DNA from: Sphyrna mokarran
Taxonomy: Eukaryota
NCBI GenBank assembly: GCA_024679065.1
Contig: JAGIQG010000012.1
Coordinates: 47,492,001-47,556,000 of the forward strand
Direction of reading: 5' to 3'
Length of the DNA stretch: 64,000 nucleotides
Shown here: positions 11,790 to 25,834 of the stretch, piece by piece
Position numbering within the stretch: position 1 is the stretch's first letter
Layout of the letters: each line of letters begins with the position of its first letter
The notes under the pieces: model-generated
The model's input: only the letters and a program-made list of their open reading frames with translations
Databases searched by the model: none
Told to the model about the DNA's origin: nothing
Program-made: the position numbers and the translations under genes

Positions 11790-14770
11790 TCACTAGATCG
11801 GAGACTGGCTTTGTCTTCGCAACTCTTCTTGGCATCCAGGCAGGTCCACCACCAAAATTCTGTGTCAGCCCAATGTCGGCCTGTTAAATGATCTGTCACC
11901 TTTCAGAGAGTCATGATGTTCTTTCTGAAAGGTTTGCCTAGTCTCCACTCTCCCCAACAACTTTGGGAACACCAAGTCTAAGCAGGTACAAAGTGCCGAT
12001 CTATTAGCAGGTTAGAAGGCATTACCCTGTGATGCTGTGCAGTATAGTGTTGCAGGACAACAAAGAACTTGCCGATCACAATGGCAACAGCCAAATGAAC
12101 CTATTCTTTATGGAAGCCTTGAACATCTGCATAGCTTTTAGTCCACTAGTCCAGATGAGGCAGGATGATAGGCTGACTTAACAAGATGAATGCCATTAGG
12201 CTTGACAAAAGTCTGAAATTCATTTGCTATGAATGCCATTCCTTTGTCCAATATCAACACTTCAGGAAGACTAGATTGTAAGAAATGCCTCAGTTTTTAA
12301 ATTGTAATGTCCCTGTAGAGGATTGCATGAGCTGAATATCCAGCCACTTAGAATGGACATCTTCTAAGATACAGCAAAATCTACATGGAACAATAGTATC
12401 TGATAGCCCAGCCCTTTTCAACGGTGCATGTTCATTGGTGGCAGTAACAGTTGCTGCATCTGACAACTTCCACATTGCCCAACAATTTGTTCAATGTCTT
12501 TTCTGTGCCAGGCCATCAAACATAATTTCTGGCCAGGATGGATATCATGTAACTCTTGGTACAGGAGTTGTTGGCTCAGGGTGGTACAATGACATGGGTC
12601 CCGCAATATAATACTCCATCTTCACAGGTTTATCTCATCCCTGCAATGCAAATACGACTTCATTTGCCACATGTTGAAGTGCCACCCTGTCAGTTCCAGT
12701 TTCTTGACCTTTGGCAACAACAGGTCCCTATGAGTCCACGACTTAATGTGGGCTTCTAAAACAGGCAAGATATCCAGAAAATACAGAACCAATACTATCT
12801 CCTGCGAGAATTGGAGGTGACAGTGTGGTCTGTGGTAGAGGAAGATGGTTCAATTTATCCACATTTGAAATCTGTGTTGCTGGATGGTTTAGCGATATGC
12901 TGTCAGCAACAAAGCCAATCTCTGCATCCTAACTGAGACAATAAGTGGCTCTGGCTTATCCTCTTGGAACAGGCCTAGCAATGGCTTATGGTCTGACACA
13001 AAGGTGAAATATCGGACATAAATGTATTGGTGAAATGTTTTCACCGTGTAACTATTAGGCTTTCTTTGTTGATTTGTGAGTACTTTTTTTCAGCTTCTTA
13101 TAAAGTCCTTGAAGCAAATGTAATTGGCATTTCCACCTAATCTTCCATTCTATGGGATAGAACTGCTCCAACTCTACATAGCTAGACATCACAAGAAAAT
13201 ATTCATGGCTTGTTCGTCAGAATGTGTGATCAATGATGATGACTGTGATGCTTGTTTGGTTTTTACAAAAGCTTCGTTTTGCATGTCTCCCCAGTTCCAA
13301 TGCTAATACTTCTTAAAAAGCTGATGTAGGGATTTCCGAATTGTTGATTTGTACAGCAGGAATCTTCTATAGTAATTGACCGTTCACAGAAACATAGAAA
13401 TTAGAAACAAAAATAGGCAAGTTCAGCCCTTTGAACCTTTTCAGACATTCAGTCAGATGATGGCTGATCTCTCCCTGGTCTCAAATCCACCTCCCAACCT
13501 GTTCCCCAAATCCCTCTTTCCCTTTTTTATTAGAGATATGTTTAACTCCCTCTTGAAACCGTTCAATGAGTCAGACTCCACCATGCTTTAGGGCAGTGAG
13601 TTCCACAAATTCAGCACCCTCCATGAGAAGTAGTTCCTCCACATCTTGGTTTTAAATCTACCACTTTGCAACTTATAGCTGTGGTTCTTCCAGATTGCCC
13701 TATAAGAGAAAATATTTGGTCTACATTTACTTCATCAATCCCTTTTAAAATTTTATATACCTCGATCAAATCCCCTCTCATCTTTCTAAACTCCAGCAAG
13801 TACAAGCCCAAACTGTTTAATCTCTCCTCTTAAATCAATCCCTTAATCCCCAGAATCAATCTGGTGAACCTCCTCTGAACTGCCTCCAATGCCACCACAT
13901 CCTTCCTCAAATAAGGAGACCAACACCTTATACAATTGAAACAACACTTCTCTACTTTTATAGTCCAGTCCTTTTTGCAAGAAATATCAGCATGCCATTT
14001 ATCTTTTTTTATTATGAGCTGCATACTGACTTTTTACGATTAATGAACATGGACATCGAGATCCCTCTGCCCAGACACATTTTGAATCTGAATCTGCTTT
14101 CCATTTACGTAATAATTTGCCTTTCTATTATTTTCTGCCAAAATTGATAACCTCACGCTTACCACATTAAACTTTCTCTGACAAATTTTGGTCCATTCTC
14201 CTAGCCTATCTACTATATTTATCTGTAGAATCTTTATATATCTTCTTCATTGCCTGCTTTCCCATCTATTTTCATATCATATTCAAATTTTGCTATGTTA
14301 CACTCTCTCTGCTTGCAGATTATTTATATAGATTGAAAATAATCTATAGATAGGAAAGACTTCAGCTCTGTCATATTCCTTGGCCCTGTCACTCATTTAA
14401 CCTTTCACCGTATCTTTGAGGTGCTCCTTTGCATCCACTTTGAATCTGAAGTATGAAACTCTTCAGTTTGGAAAATATATTTCTCCCAATTCAACCATAT
14501 GCTGGCTTCCTTAAACCTCTTATGGACATCTTCCAGGTTTGCAGCATATTTTTCAGGCGAAGTACTTGTAATTAGGACATCATCCAAGTATACCGCCACT
14601 TTTAGATATTCCCTGGAACGTGCTCTCCATAGTGCATTAAAGAACGGCTCAGGCTGATAAGCCACTGGAGATGATTTGGTGAAAACCATTGACTTGTGCA
14701 CTATCAATATTGCAATGTCTCATGATAAAGATTCAAGTTACTACTGTAAGGTTATGTACAAGTCAGGTAA
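11790..14770 (-). mobile_element. Decayed Gypsy/Ty3 pol relic (RT, RNase H, integrase), split by a CR1 insertion
   Basis: Minus-strand motifs: VAVYLDDVLIT (RT, about 14590), PRNMTELKSFL, VNYYRRFL, an RNase H-like DHKPL region (about 12990), and integrase zinc-finger remnant ELHDIHPG...KDIEQIVGQCGSCQ (about 12500). Many stops and frameshifts. Confidence 0.85.
13385..14345 (-). mobile_element. CR1 LINE 3' fragment nested in the Gypsy relic
   Basis: ORF 13830-14024 (WSPYLRKDVVALEAVQRRFTRLILGIKGL) and ORF 13611-13811 (GLYLLEFRKMRGDLIEVYKILKGID). The 3' end acatagaaattagaa is at about 13390. Confidence 0.9.
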
Positions 14771-15884
14771 TTTGATGGTTGCATTAAATTAAATTAAAAG
14801 TTTGCCCAATCCAGAAAAAAGGAAATTATATGAAATGATATTCAAGTTGACTTCACTGGCATAGAATTTGAAAATATTCTACAAATTTATCTGATACATT
14901 TTGCACAATGCAAATGTCAGCACTGAAGGAAGAAACAATGACAAATCCTACATCACAGACATTGTGGCATAGAATTGTTGAAAGGTTGCTTGATTCATTT
15001 TGGTTGTTCACAAGCATAAGATAATTTTAGTTTTTCTTAGTGAGCTAGGCATCTCCTGGGAAGTCACTTTGAAAGGCAGCCAGGTCGTAAATTTAGATTT
15101 TCTGCAACTTGATATTCTTCAAGAATTTCATTATTCATACATGGACATAGGTCTGATGTGAAAACTTGCAAGAAAGTGTATAGGCCAGGTAACACAATGA
15201 AATTGAAGTTATCATCAAGAGGAGCAAGGCATGTTAAGGGTATATGCTAAGTCAGCACAAAGAAATACTCATTTCACATGAGGTTCCTATCCATCCTCGG
15301 TCCAAATTTGCATCTGAATTCTCATGTCAATGGTGCTGACTCTATTGTTGCCTACTTTACCAAGTTATCAATTATTTGAGAATTACACTGTATATCTAGC
15401 ATATCTGTGGCACAGCCTCATATTGCTATGTTCAGTTTATTGATGTGCCTAGGAAGCAACTTTTAAAATTGCAAGAAGAGATGGCCAAGGTGCCTAATTA
15501 CCAGATTTAGAGTTGGGATAACAGCTTGCTTCCACAATCCCATCACTGCCACTATGCAGCATGGCATCACAAGAAGGGAAGTGTGTCATGCGATGCAGTT
15601 TTAGTTCCACTTTTGCATTTGGGAAAAGCATGCAACACTGCTGCAGTTGTCCTAAAGATATTATTTTGTGCCCATTCTAAATATATGAACCCCCAATCTG
15701 TTTACGTAATCCCTGTTAAGTGGCTGGTGCTTTTATACCATTATAATAACAAAACTGATGTGAGGCCATTGCTGTGAATATAATATAAATTGTAATTTTT
15801 CCTTTACCCGAACTGCTGTTTGAGCATATTAACATAATCACAATACTTTAGTTAATTATATTTTATATTTTCTCTAATCCATAG

Positions 15885-16058
15885 GAGACTTGTATATTGG
15901 AGGAATTGCCAAAGACATGTACAAAACATTACCAAAGCTGGTGGCATCAAGGGAGGGATTTCAAGGCTGTTTGGCTTCAGTAGACCTGAATGGACGACTT
16001 CCAGATCTAATTTCTGATGCTTTGTACTGCAATGGGCAGATTGAGCGGGATTGTGAAG
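15885..16058 (+). CDS. NRXN1: Neurexin-1-alpha internal exon (174 nt), LNS5 C-terminus
   Basis: Acceptor ttttctctaatccatAG ends at 15884; donor G|GTATCC at 16059. Reads (G)[62 protein letters not shown](Y/F)CNGQIER is NRXN1-like; as recalled, NRXN2 and NRXN3 have DALHR. Confidence 0.96.
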
Positions 16059-16604
16059 GTATCCTTAACGCACTCACTCGAGAGACAAATCAATCACCAT
16101 CATTCTATAAAGATACCTGCATATTTGCAATAATTGCAGTATCTTTTGCAACATCATTTTATTTTTCAATATAGTCATGTTATGTTTAACCTTTGGAATG
16201 CTGATGCTTTTCCACAAATGCCTGTATTTACTGAATACTTTATAAGCCAAAATCAAGTTACTCAATAGATTTAAAGGCTAAGTAACATAATAATGGATTG
16301 AATTTTGTAGGCAGATTTTTTTTATTATCCTCTTCGCTTTCAAATGTCATAAAACCATATTTGCAGAGCATGTAAATAGTCATGTATTAAAAATTACTGA
16401 GAGTGGCTTTACTTACCAATATCTTAATGCAAGTATAAGTCAATTTAAAATAAGTGGGTTAATGCTTCTATGAAATAGTGGTGAAAGGAAATTCAATATG
16501 TTTGTATTAAGTCTTTACCCAATAACATTCCACACAATTTTCAAGCTTGATGTTATGACAGAGCTTTGTCATCCAAAAGTGATTATTGTGCAGATATATT
16601 TTTC

Positions 16605-16880
16605 CTTATTCTTTCATGGGTTGTGGGTGTCACTGCAAAAGCCATCATTTGTTATCCAAATGTTATTCAAATGCCCTTGAACTGAATGGCTTGCTAGACC
16701 ATTCCAGAATGCAATTAAGAGTCAACCATATTGCTGTCGGCTTGGAGTCAAATTTGGGCCAAACCATATACAGCAGCAGATATCCTTTCTTAATGGAAAT
16801 TAGTGAAGCAGATAAGTTTTTAAGACAATCAGTGATGGTTGTTGTGTTCCACATTACTTTGTATTCCAGATTCCAGGAGT
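16605..16880 (-). mobile_element. Shark tRNA-type SINE (same family as 35150-35520), 3' part
   Basis: Reverse complement aligns with 35290-35520 (gcccttgaactgaatggcttgctag...gagtcaaccatattgctg...ttagtgaa). Confidence 0.65.
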
Positions 16881-17167
16881 TCACTTATAGAACTTTTCTC
16901 AAAGCAATTATTTTGCTGTTAAATTAAGTAAAAGTGACACATTCCTCCAGCACCCTGTAATAATCATGTTTTATTCTCCAATGAGGATCTAAATTTCCTT
17001 TGGTTTAGGTTTGGATGGAAGAGAGTGGAATTAGGGACATGGTTTGATGTCCTGTCCTCCGTTCCTTTTTGCCGTTATCAATAATGCTTGATGAATTGAG
17101 CACATTATACTTGTATTTGTGACATATATTATGATAACAAATGAATGAGGAAAATATGCAAGAAAAT

Positions 17168-18086
17168 GTAGGCGATTCACCCATCCTGCTCACTGCTTTT
17201 TTAGCACAGTGGGCCAAGAGACTCTAACAGAGGCCGTTGTGCAGGTACCAAAAAGTGCCAGAAATTAGCACAGTGCTGAATAAGTTATGCAGCCTCTAAT
17301 TTAAATGAAATTTGAATGCAAATAGAAGCCTGGACTGAAATCTCTGGGACCTCTAGCTTCTTCCCACCGCCAGTATTTCACTCCAGCAGAGATTACTATA
17401 ACTCCTCACTAATGGGGAGCTAGCAGCCCAATGCCTGGAGTGAAGGGGAAGCAACTGAGGCATCCTAGAGAGTCAGGCACCAAGGGGGTGCCCTGGATGT
17501 TAACATCTTGGCAGTGCCAGCCTGTGCCCCTAGCACTGCCTGAGGGCTATAAAGTGCCAATGCCCAGCAGGCATACCTGGTGGGCAATGCCAAGGGGGTG
17601 GGGCATAATGGGGCAGGACCACTGCGAGGGCAATCTGTGTGGATGGGGTCCTGCTGCCACCCTGCAGTCTGGACTGGTAGGGAAGGGAGAGAGGCCAGTG
17701 ACTTTGGAGAGGGGCAATGAGTAGGTTGAGACTGGCCCGGACATGTCTGGCAGACCAGTGATCACAGTGGGGGTCACACTATCGGTATTGTGAGATCGCA
17801 GGGCTGGCTAATGATCAAGCTGTCAGCGATCTGTAGGCCAATAGACAGGGGCCACTGCGCACGTGCTGGTCTCAGCACTGACAGATCAGTGCACATGCAG
17901 TGGCCCACTCAGTGCAATGCTGCTGGCCTCTCCAGCGAGGATATGCACTGCCCTTTTTAACATGATGCATGAGAGTGCACTCTGCACAGACTGTGGGAGA
18001 TTTTTTTAAACTCTCGCTGAAAAACCCAGAGTAATTTACTCCAGCTTTTATGTGAATTCAACATTTTTTTTGTCAGAATCACCCCC
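17168..18086. mobile_element. GC-rich non-autonomous TIR element (Harbinger-like)
   Basis: Ends taggcgattcaccc ... agaatcaccccc are inverted. Interior shares tgccagcctg/ggcac motifs with 51326-52433 and about 4000-4100. Confidence 0.6.
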
Positions 18087-20779
18087 AGCATATTTTTCAG
18101 CATTCTCTTTAATTTATCAAAACTGGCTGTTTTAATTTATCAAAAATGGGACACTTTTTTCACCATACTGGATTACAAAAGTCTTGTTCATCAGGCTACA
18201 GAGTGGGGGATATATCTGGATTTATTTATTCTGTGACAAAGTGCAACAGAAATTTTACTCTCCACCTATCTCCAATGAAGTGTGTCCCAGCTAGCGCTGG
18301 GGTCTGCTTGGTAATTTAACACACTCTGTCTGACCCTGGAAAGTGGTTTGGGATTCAGGGCTAAAATAATAGGTGGAGTATTCACTCACTAAATAGGACC
18401 CGAAGAAGTTTGGGGAAATGTCAGTGAACCAATTATTTAGCATGCTGTTTAAATGTAAACTACAAAATATAAACAAATATATGAATATTGTACTATATAT
18501 TAAAAAATGTCTGCGTAGATGAATCTCATTTCTTCTGCACAGAACCAGGGCAGAAGCTCTACTAATATTGTATAATTATAAATGCATTAATTTCTATCTA
18601 CAATATATCACAGTCTAAAGGTTAAACACTATTTTGATCATTGTATATATTATTTTGTAATCTTATGATTTACATAATGAAAATTTTATGGAATTATAAA
18701 ACATTACATTTATGACTTTTGTTGTCCATTCTTTTTGTTGATATTATTTTTCATCATCCTGTTGTTGTGTTTTCTCATTCACCCTCATTCCTGGTATTTT
18801 ATTTTAAGATTATATTTCATGAAGTAGAATTATTACAATATGCATTTCTGGGTCCAGCCATCTCTGAAAAGGTACAGCCAACAAAATTCAAATTTGCACA
18901 AAGCAGTTAAACTACACACCTTATTAATCATTCTATTTAATACGTTAACAAGAGACAGTTGGGTACATACTGAAATAGCAATGTGTAACCACTATAATTC
19001 ATGATATTTAATTTCTTTCACTTATGGTTTCCCACACATCACAGGATGATCTCTCAAACTTTTTAGACAGTGACAAAGAATTCCAAACACAAATGTTAAT
19101 TTATTGAGTTTGAGTTCAGTTGAAAGATATTTTTTGGAATACACAGTAGCTAATTGTTTATTAGGACTGAACCAGTAATAATAATGAATGGCAAAATGGT
19201 CAGTGAATTATGCAGTACTGGATAATTCAAGTGACTCAGGGAAATTTACTATCAGACTTATCCCAGTTCTGATATTTTTTCAGGACTTGTTTCCAATTGC
19301 AACTTCATTGATTCAAATTTAGCTTTCAAATTGTGTTTATTAATTCCAGTTCTGTTTAAATATGACATTGAAGAATTAATGATAATTCAGGAAGTTTGCA
19401 TACTTTAAATCAATGAGTCTCCTCATTTTTGCTGTAGATACATCACGTACCATTTGCAGCCAAGCAGGCAGTGGAAAATTCTTCCTCCAATACTCCTACC
19501 AATGGCATTATTTAACTGGCAATTATGAGAATATACAACAGCAACTGCTGGTGCCTCACACTTTGATTTTTTTTCTTGCCGAGACAGTCAATGCCCTACA
19601 TCTATAGCCCCCTACACTTGAACAACTAAGCCTAGATTTTCATTCCCAGTTTGGGTGCACAAAGGTTGGAGAATTTCCAACTCTATGTACTTGACCTTTA
19701 AAAATGGTCGTCCGCAATTCTGATTTCCATTCTGGGGAAGTGGTGCTAGATTTGAATTCAAACCCGCTGTATCCTGGATGAGTGTGGGAATTGCAGGGTG
19801 CAGAGGCAGATGAATGAAAAGTCTCCATTCGTGCTCCAGTATCCTGTGGAATTAACTGAAAACAAAATTAAAACAAAAATAGACCTCACCTCCCATCTCC
19901 TTTTGCCACAACTCCCATAGACTCTCCATGCCTCATCCATACCAACCTATACCACTTCATACCTCTCATCCAACCCACTTGGTCCCTTTACTCCTTTTGA
20001 CAATCCATGCAGCTCTACTGACACTCCAGAACTTCATACCGTCAACATCTCCATAGCCATTGGAGATGGAAATTAGTGCCAACTCATGCATACCCATGCC
20101 ACCAAGCACTGTATCTTTACCCCCCCCGCCCATATCCACTCATCAAGTCTCATTGACAGCTTGACAGTTCTGTAACAGTCTTGACAGTTCTGTGCACAAT
20201 CTGCAATTACCTCTCCCAACTGCGTCCCAGGACCATATCAAAGTAGTACCTTACCTCTCCAAAAGAGTACCCCCCCCCCTCCTTATCCTAACAATTCATC
20301 AACTTCAAATCAACTTTTAACTGATCTCATCTGGACACTGAGTTTCACACACCCAAGGTACTGGGAGACCGCTGGTGATTTAATTATCAACTGCCTCTGT
20401 AAGCTATGTAATCATGGACTCTACCCTAATTTCAGTTCAACCCCCACAAAAACACAAAGTGCCAAGCTCTGTAGCAGGACTTAAATTTCTGAGCTAGTCT
20501 GTCATTTTTACCATGATGGAGTAGCTCTCTATTGTAGTAAAAATCCGGGCTCTAGTTTAGAAGCTCGCTATGGGGGGAGTAATGTTTCCTCAGAGTTCTA
20601 TTTGTAACGCAATTAAAAATGAGTAAATAATCACATTACAAATAGTGCAAGAGGAAATTTTCCCTTGCTGTATGGAGCATCGAGGCATAAACCTACACCT
20701 TACGTTGTGTTTCACAGCATGTTGGACCTCAAACTGTGTTAGCTCTGTTAAAAACAAGCAAACATATTCAATGGTTACA

Positions 20780-21120
20780 AAGAAATAGAACCAAGAAATC
20801 AGGACATTTGGCTCAACATGTCCACATTATATTTTCTCTCCACATTTGTCTCCTGTGCCACTTCATGTAGCCCTCTCAGCATATCCTTCTAGGCTTTGCT
20901 CCCTCCTATGCTTGTCTAGCCTCTTCTTGAATGCATCAGTTGCTCCCAATGATACTAACTTCCACTTTCTAACTTCTCTCTAAGTCGAGACATTTCTCCT
21001 GAATTCCCTATTGGATTTATTTGTGGCTGTCTTATATTTATGGCCCTGAATTCTGATGTCACTAGCAAGAGGAAACATTTTCCCCACATGCTGTAAAAAG
21101 AGGATACAGGCTCCTTGCAT
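20780..21120 (-). mobile_element. Old CR1 3' fragment
   Basis: aagaaatagaacc...catttggctcaac start and ctagcctctcttgaatgcatc...tttctcctgaattccctattggat resemble reverse-strand CR1 3' ends. Confidence 0.55.
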
Positions 21121-24100
21121 TCAACTGAGCTGCCCTTGGCACTATACTGCTGCACATGGGAACATACTACATTGCCCCAATATTGCCCAGCTTGAGTCAG
21201 AAGGTTGGATGAAATGGGATCAGGAAGAAATTTGGGTTTTTAGGAGGGGAGCAGCAATCCAACTCTGATTACCCCTCTATGGAAGTTCCAGTCCAATATA
21301 TATTGAGATGTAACTGTGTTGTTTGACAGCATCGCCAATAGCCTTTTATGCAACAGTACGATGTGCAAAAGAATGGCATTATAATGCAGCAAGTCACACC
21401 TCACAATTGCATGATGAGCATTTTAAAAATAGTGGACAAAGCAGTTTATTTTTCCATGGACAGGTAGTTGTGTTCAGTGACAATAGCTTTGAATAGGAGC
21501 TACTCAATGACAGTAGTAGGGCTCCACTTGACTTTCCCATCTACAGAGCTTATTCTGCATCCCTAATTGGATGGTGAAAGCAAAGATGATCCTTTAATTG
21601 CCTGCTTCCAGAAAAATAATGCAGGCAGGGGAGCTAGATGCTACTGAGGTTTGGATCTATAAATGGGCCTGTACCCATTTAATAATGATGGTAAAATTTC
21701 ACCTGTTCAGTCTGTTTTTCCCTTCACACCTCTTCTTTCAGATGTTCTCAGACCAGCTGAACATGTGCAACATTTTCCTTTTCTATTGATGTGAAAATCT
21801 GATTTTTTTTAATGTTCAGAGGTACAATATGGTAATTCTTCACAAGACATAATACAAAATATTTATTGGATAGGTTTCACCACTGGTTACTGTCAATATC
21901 CATAAACTATTATGATCTTTCTAGATTCTCTACATCAATGAAACTAACATAAATATTGCATTCAGCATCTATAACATTAAAATAAGTTTGAAATATATAA
22001 AAAAAATTTTGAAGAGCAGGCACTTGTCAGAATCAAGTTTTTTAGGGTTCCTAAAAAGCATTTATTTCCAGCATGCTCTATTTTTATTTTAGATTTCTAA
22101 TATCTGCAGTATTTTATCTTTGATGCACATCAAGGAAACAATGAAATTAACCAAACCAAAGAAAGAAAATACTTGAATATTTCAAGACCATAAATTATTG
22201 CAGCAGCAATTTAAATTAAAGTTTGAACACAAATTAATATGTCAACAACAACAATTAGTATTTGATTTGACAAATCTCAATTGAATCTAAAAATAAGACT
22301 GCAGTGGCATCTATCTTGCATCAAGTGATCAAGGCAGTCTTCAAATGATGGTTCAATCAACTGCTGATTTTGAGACCAGAGGAAGGAAAGGACTAATCGC
22401 TAGCTCATATCTCTTTGATACACAAACCTGTGGTCAAAGATTTCTATTTAAAGGTTTATTACACATAACTTATTGTATGTATAACTTATACATGTTTACT
22501 GTCTAGTGTGTTTTATGTATGTGTGAAAATATACATGATTATTATGTGATTTCCACATAAACATAAAATAGGCAGACAAACATGCATGCATAAATGTGGG
22601 CTTGCAAACAGATATCTGTGTAATAAACTTTTATCTGTAGTTGCCTGTTCAAGTCTTCTAATTCCATGTGTATATCTTAATGCTACTATGAAAAACAACC
22701 AGGAGAAAAATATAATAGCATGAGGGGCAAATAAATTATAATTTATATCTACAATTGCCCTATTTCTGATTTCCTTCATATTCCTGTACCTGCCACTGAC
22801 TTTGTCTCAGCCATAACCATCTGCTCATTCTACCGATCTCCCCACTTGATTCTTGTGCCTCTTGGTCTCTGACAGGACTCAATTTTTAGCTGTTGTCTAT
22901 TTTCCTCCTTATTTTAAGCCCCTTCCAGGCTTCCATTCGTTACCCAGGAGATATATTTGTGTATAAATGCATGCATGTACATGCAACTGGTATCTTTCAA
23001 TAAGGAGCCATTTTAGTACACTTAGTTACAGGTAATAGTTCTGTTCTATAACACTGCTGATTTGCAACAACAACCTTTTGTGTTCTAAAACTACAATTGT
23101 TTTTAGAATCCATTCATGAATCAGAATTAAATGGCTTGCGAATGTTAATTTGATAGAATGCAAAGAAAAGGATAAAAAAATGTTCTGAGTGTTGACTGTG
23201 CCTACCAACAAGAATACAAATAAGTGCACTTAGCCACAAAAAGAACAAAAATGAATTACTAAGAAGAAACCTGAAAATTGAAAATTATTGGCTGGGTTTA
23301 GAAATGTATTCTTAACTTTGTTTCATTTTTAACATTGAAACTGAAAGATATTCGTTAACAAGTTTAGGAAAACCAGTTTTTCCAATACATGTGTTCATAA
23401 GCAAATGTATGAAAGTTGTGAAATTAGAATAATCTTTGTTATAAATATACACAACATTTAAATAGATGGCTATATTATTATCTTTCACATACCATGGCTA
23501 ACTTCTTTTAAAGATGATAAGTGATGCCTGTTTTGCTTTCAAGAGAGTTGCTACTTGTACCAAATGCTTTATCCTTCCTGTGTTCCCATGTGGTCACCTT
23601 TTGGTTCATTTTCTCCTTCGACGAGTATTAGGAAGGCATGCATTGTATCTGTACTGAGAAAGTTTATTTTCTCACTTGCTATTGGTTTTTGTGGGAACTT
23701 CTTCACATTGGCTGCAATTCCCATCTGACCTATTACGATACAAATAGCTGCTGAGAGCTATGTCTTCAAACATTATTGAGTTCAGAAAGTTTTTTTCCAG
23801 TACCAGCTTCTGATGATTGTTATATTTCCAAGAATCATAAATATAAATTTTATGAAGACTATCAAAAAAGCTGCTAAGCATAAAGACTTCCACAGCTTGA
23901 AGTGTTGAAGGATTTACAAGGATTATCACAATTCTTTCCATATCTGAAAGAGAAGTCACATTGATATTGCAAACAGGTACTCTTCATCCAGATGGATTTC
24001 TTTTCCCTTTCTGGTGCTGATGTACCTGTCATGTACTTCTGATATTTGTTTTTTAATAATTCTTTGGCTTTCAATGTTTTTTTCTTATTTACCTCAATGA

Positions 24101-25181
24101 ATGAAGTATTGAAGTGGAATCAACTTCGGTACCAAACTTCTAGCAGAAAAAGGATTTTCTTTTCATCAGCATTCAGGATGCGAAGAAGCAGTCAAAATTC
24201 TTCTTGGAAGTCTATATTAGGATGAGGATAGACTTATTTTAGGAATAAAGAAATCATTAGACTGAGGCACTGTTGTGATATTAACTGGAAACTATAAAGT
24301 TGCAGATGCTTACAGCCTCCCATTTCGGTGAAAGGATCAGGAAGTGAAATCTGTATGAGAAGTTGTGCAAATGTAATGTAGAATGTCTTAAATCTGCTCC
24401 ACTTTATGTTCCATTAATCCTAGTGTATTCAGTATATGCTGCTTGAAAGGACTGAGAGGCAGATACAATAGTAACATTCAAACAGTTTCTGGAAATTTAC
24501 GTATGTGAAAATGAAAAGACATTGCACAAACACAGTTGGCTGAATGGCCTTGTTCCAAGTTATATTATTGTATAATGTATCTGATAACTTAACTTAAAAA
24601 GCTAAAACAGCAAGGCCTCAATCTTATGATATCCCCTGAACTAAACAAAGTGAGAACAGTAAAAGTGGACCAGGATCACAGAAGGGTGATCAATGGAAAA
24701 AACAACACTTCTTTCATTTCAAATGTATATTTTCAGTAGTCAGGTGCATTGTGTCATGTTGTTCAGGTTTCTAGTGATCTATTTTTGATGGGGTATTCAT
24801 TTTGTTTTCAGGCTGCACAGGTATTGACAAAGTTCAGAGAGCATTTTAAGTATATCAGTGCATTTTGTTTCCTACCGCATCATTCTGACTTGGAACTTTA
24901 TCTCAATGACACAGAGTCAAATCTTGAAACTCTCTCCATACACCACATGGTCTACATCACTTCAAAAGGTGGTAGAGATGAGTGACAAATTTTGGGGTGC
25001 CAGCAACTCTCTCAGCCCAATAATACAAACAAAAATGATAAAAGATTTCAATATTTGAATAAGTGCTTCAGAAGAAGTTATTTAATGTTCATATTGGTCA
25101 TTATCCCAGCAAGCTGTTGTTCTCAGACCCAGTAAAAATGTCAGGATTCAAATGCTTTTTGTAACTTGAGTAAAGTGAACT

Positions 25182-25834
25182 TTTGTTTCCTATATATCAA
25201 ACTCTAACTACCTGAATTGAATTGAACAATAAAATGCTCATCTGGACTGTATCATACATTTTTTATGATCAGGAAAATTCTGAGTAGCAGAAGATTGACA
25301 TTCTTAAGCTCACTTTATTCTGGATCACTTTTTTCTTCTGTTTTAAGCTTGCGCTATCTTAACAAAGTGCCTGTAAAAGATGCCTAAACAGGTACAAATA
25401 TTCAAGATTAAATCTAACTTTATCCAAAGTGCTTAGTTATTAAAGTCAAGATGATTGTTCAAAATTACTCTCCTTCAGTAACTGGCTGCACCTGGTAGCA
25501 GAATAGCCAATTGGAATATTCTGAAAAAAACCTTTTTTTTTCCAGTTTCTGTTGGATTAGTCTATTGGTTGCATAATTATTTATTTAGTAGCTTCTTGAA
25601 ATGTGTTGACATCTTTCTAATCAGCTACAAAACTGCAGCTGGAAGTATTCCTCAAGGTTTGAGTCAAATGCCACCTTTGTTTCCTATATACCAAACTCTA
25701 ACTATCTGAATTGAATTGAACAATATAATGCTCCTCTAGACTGTATCGTACATTTTTTATGATGCAGGGAATCCTGAGTAGCAGAAGATTGACATTCTTA
25801 AGCTCACTTTGTTCTGGATCACTTTTTTACTGTT
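25182..25834 (+). repeat. Local direct duplication of about 155 bp (25182-25342 and 25676-25834)
   Basis: tttgtttcctatata(t/c)caaactctaacta(c/t)ctgaattgaattgaacaat...ctgagtagcagaagattgacattcttaagctcacttt(a/g)ttctggatcactttttt occurs twice, about 495 bp apart, with scattered substitutions. Confidence 0.95.
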
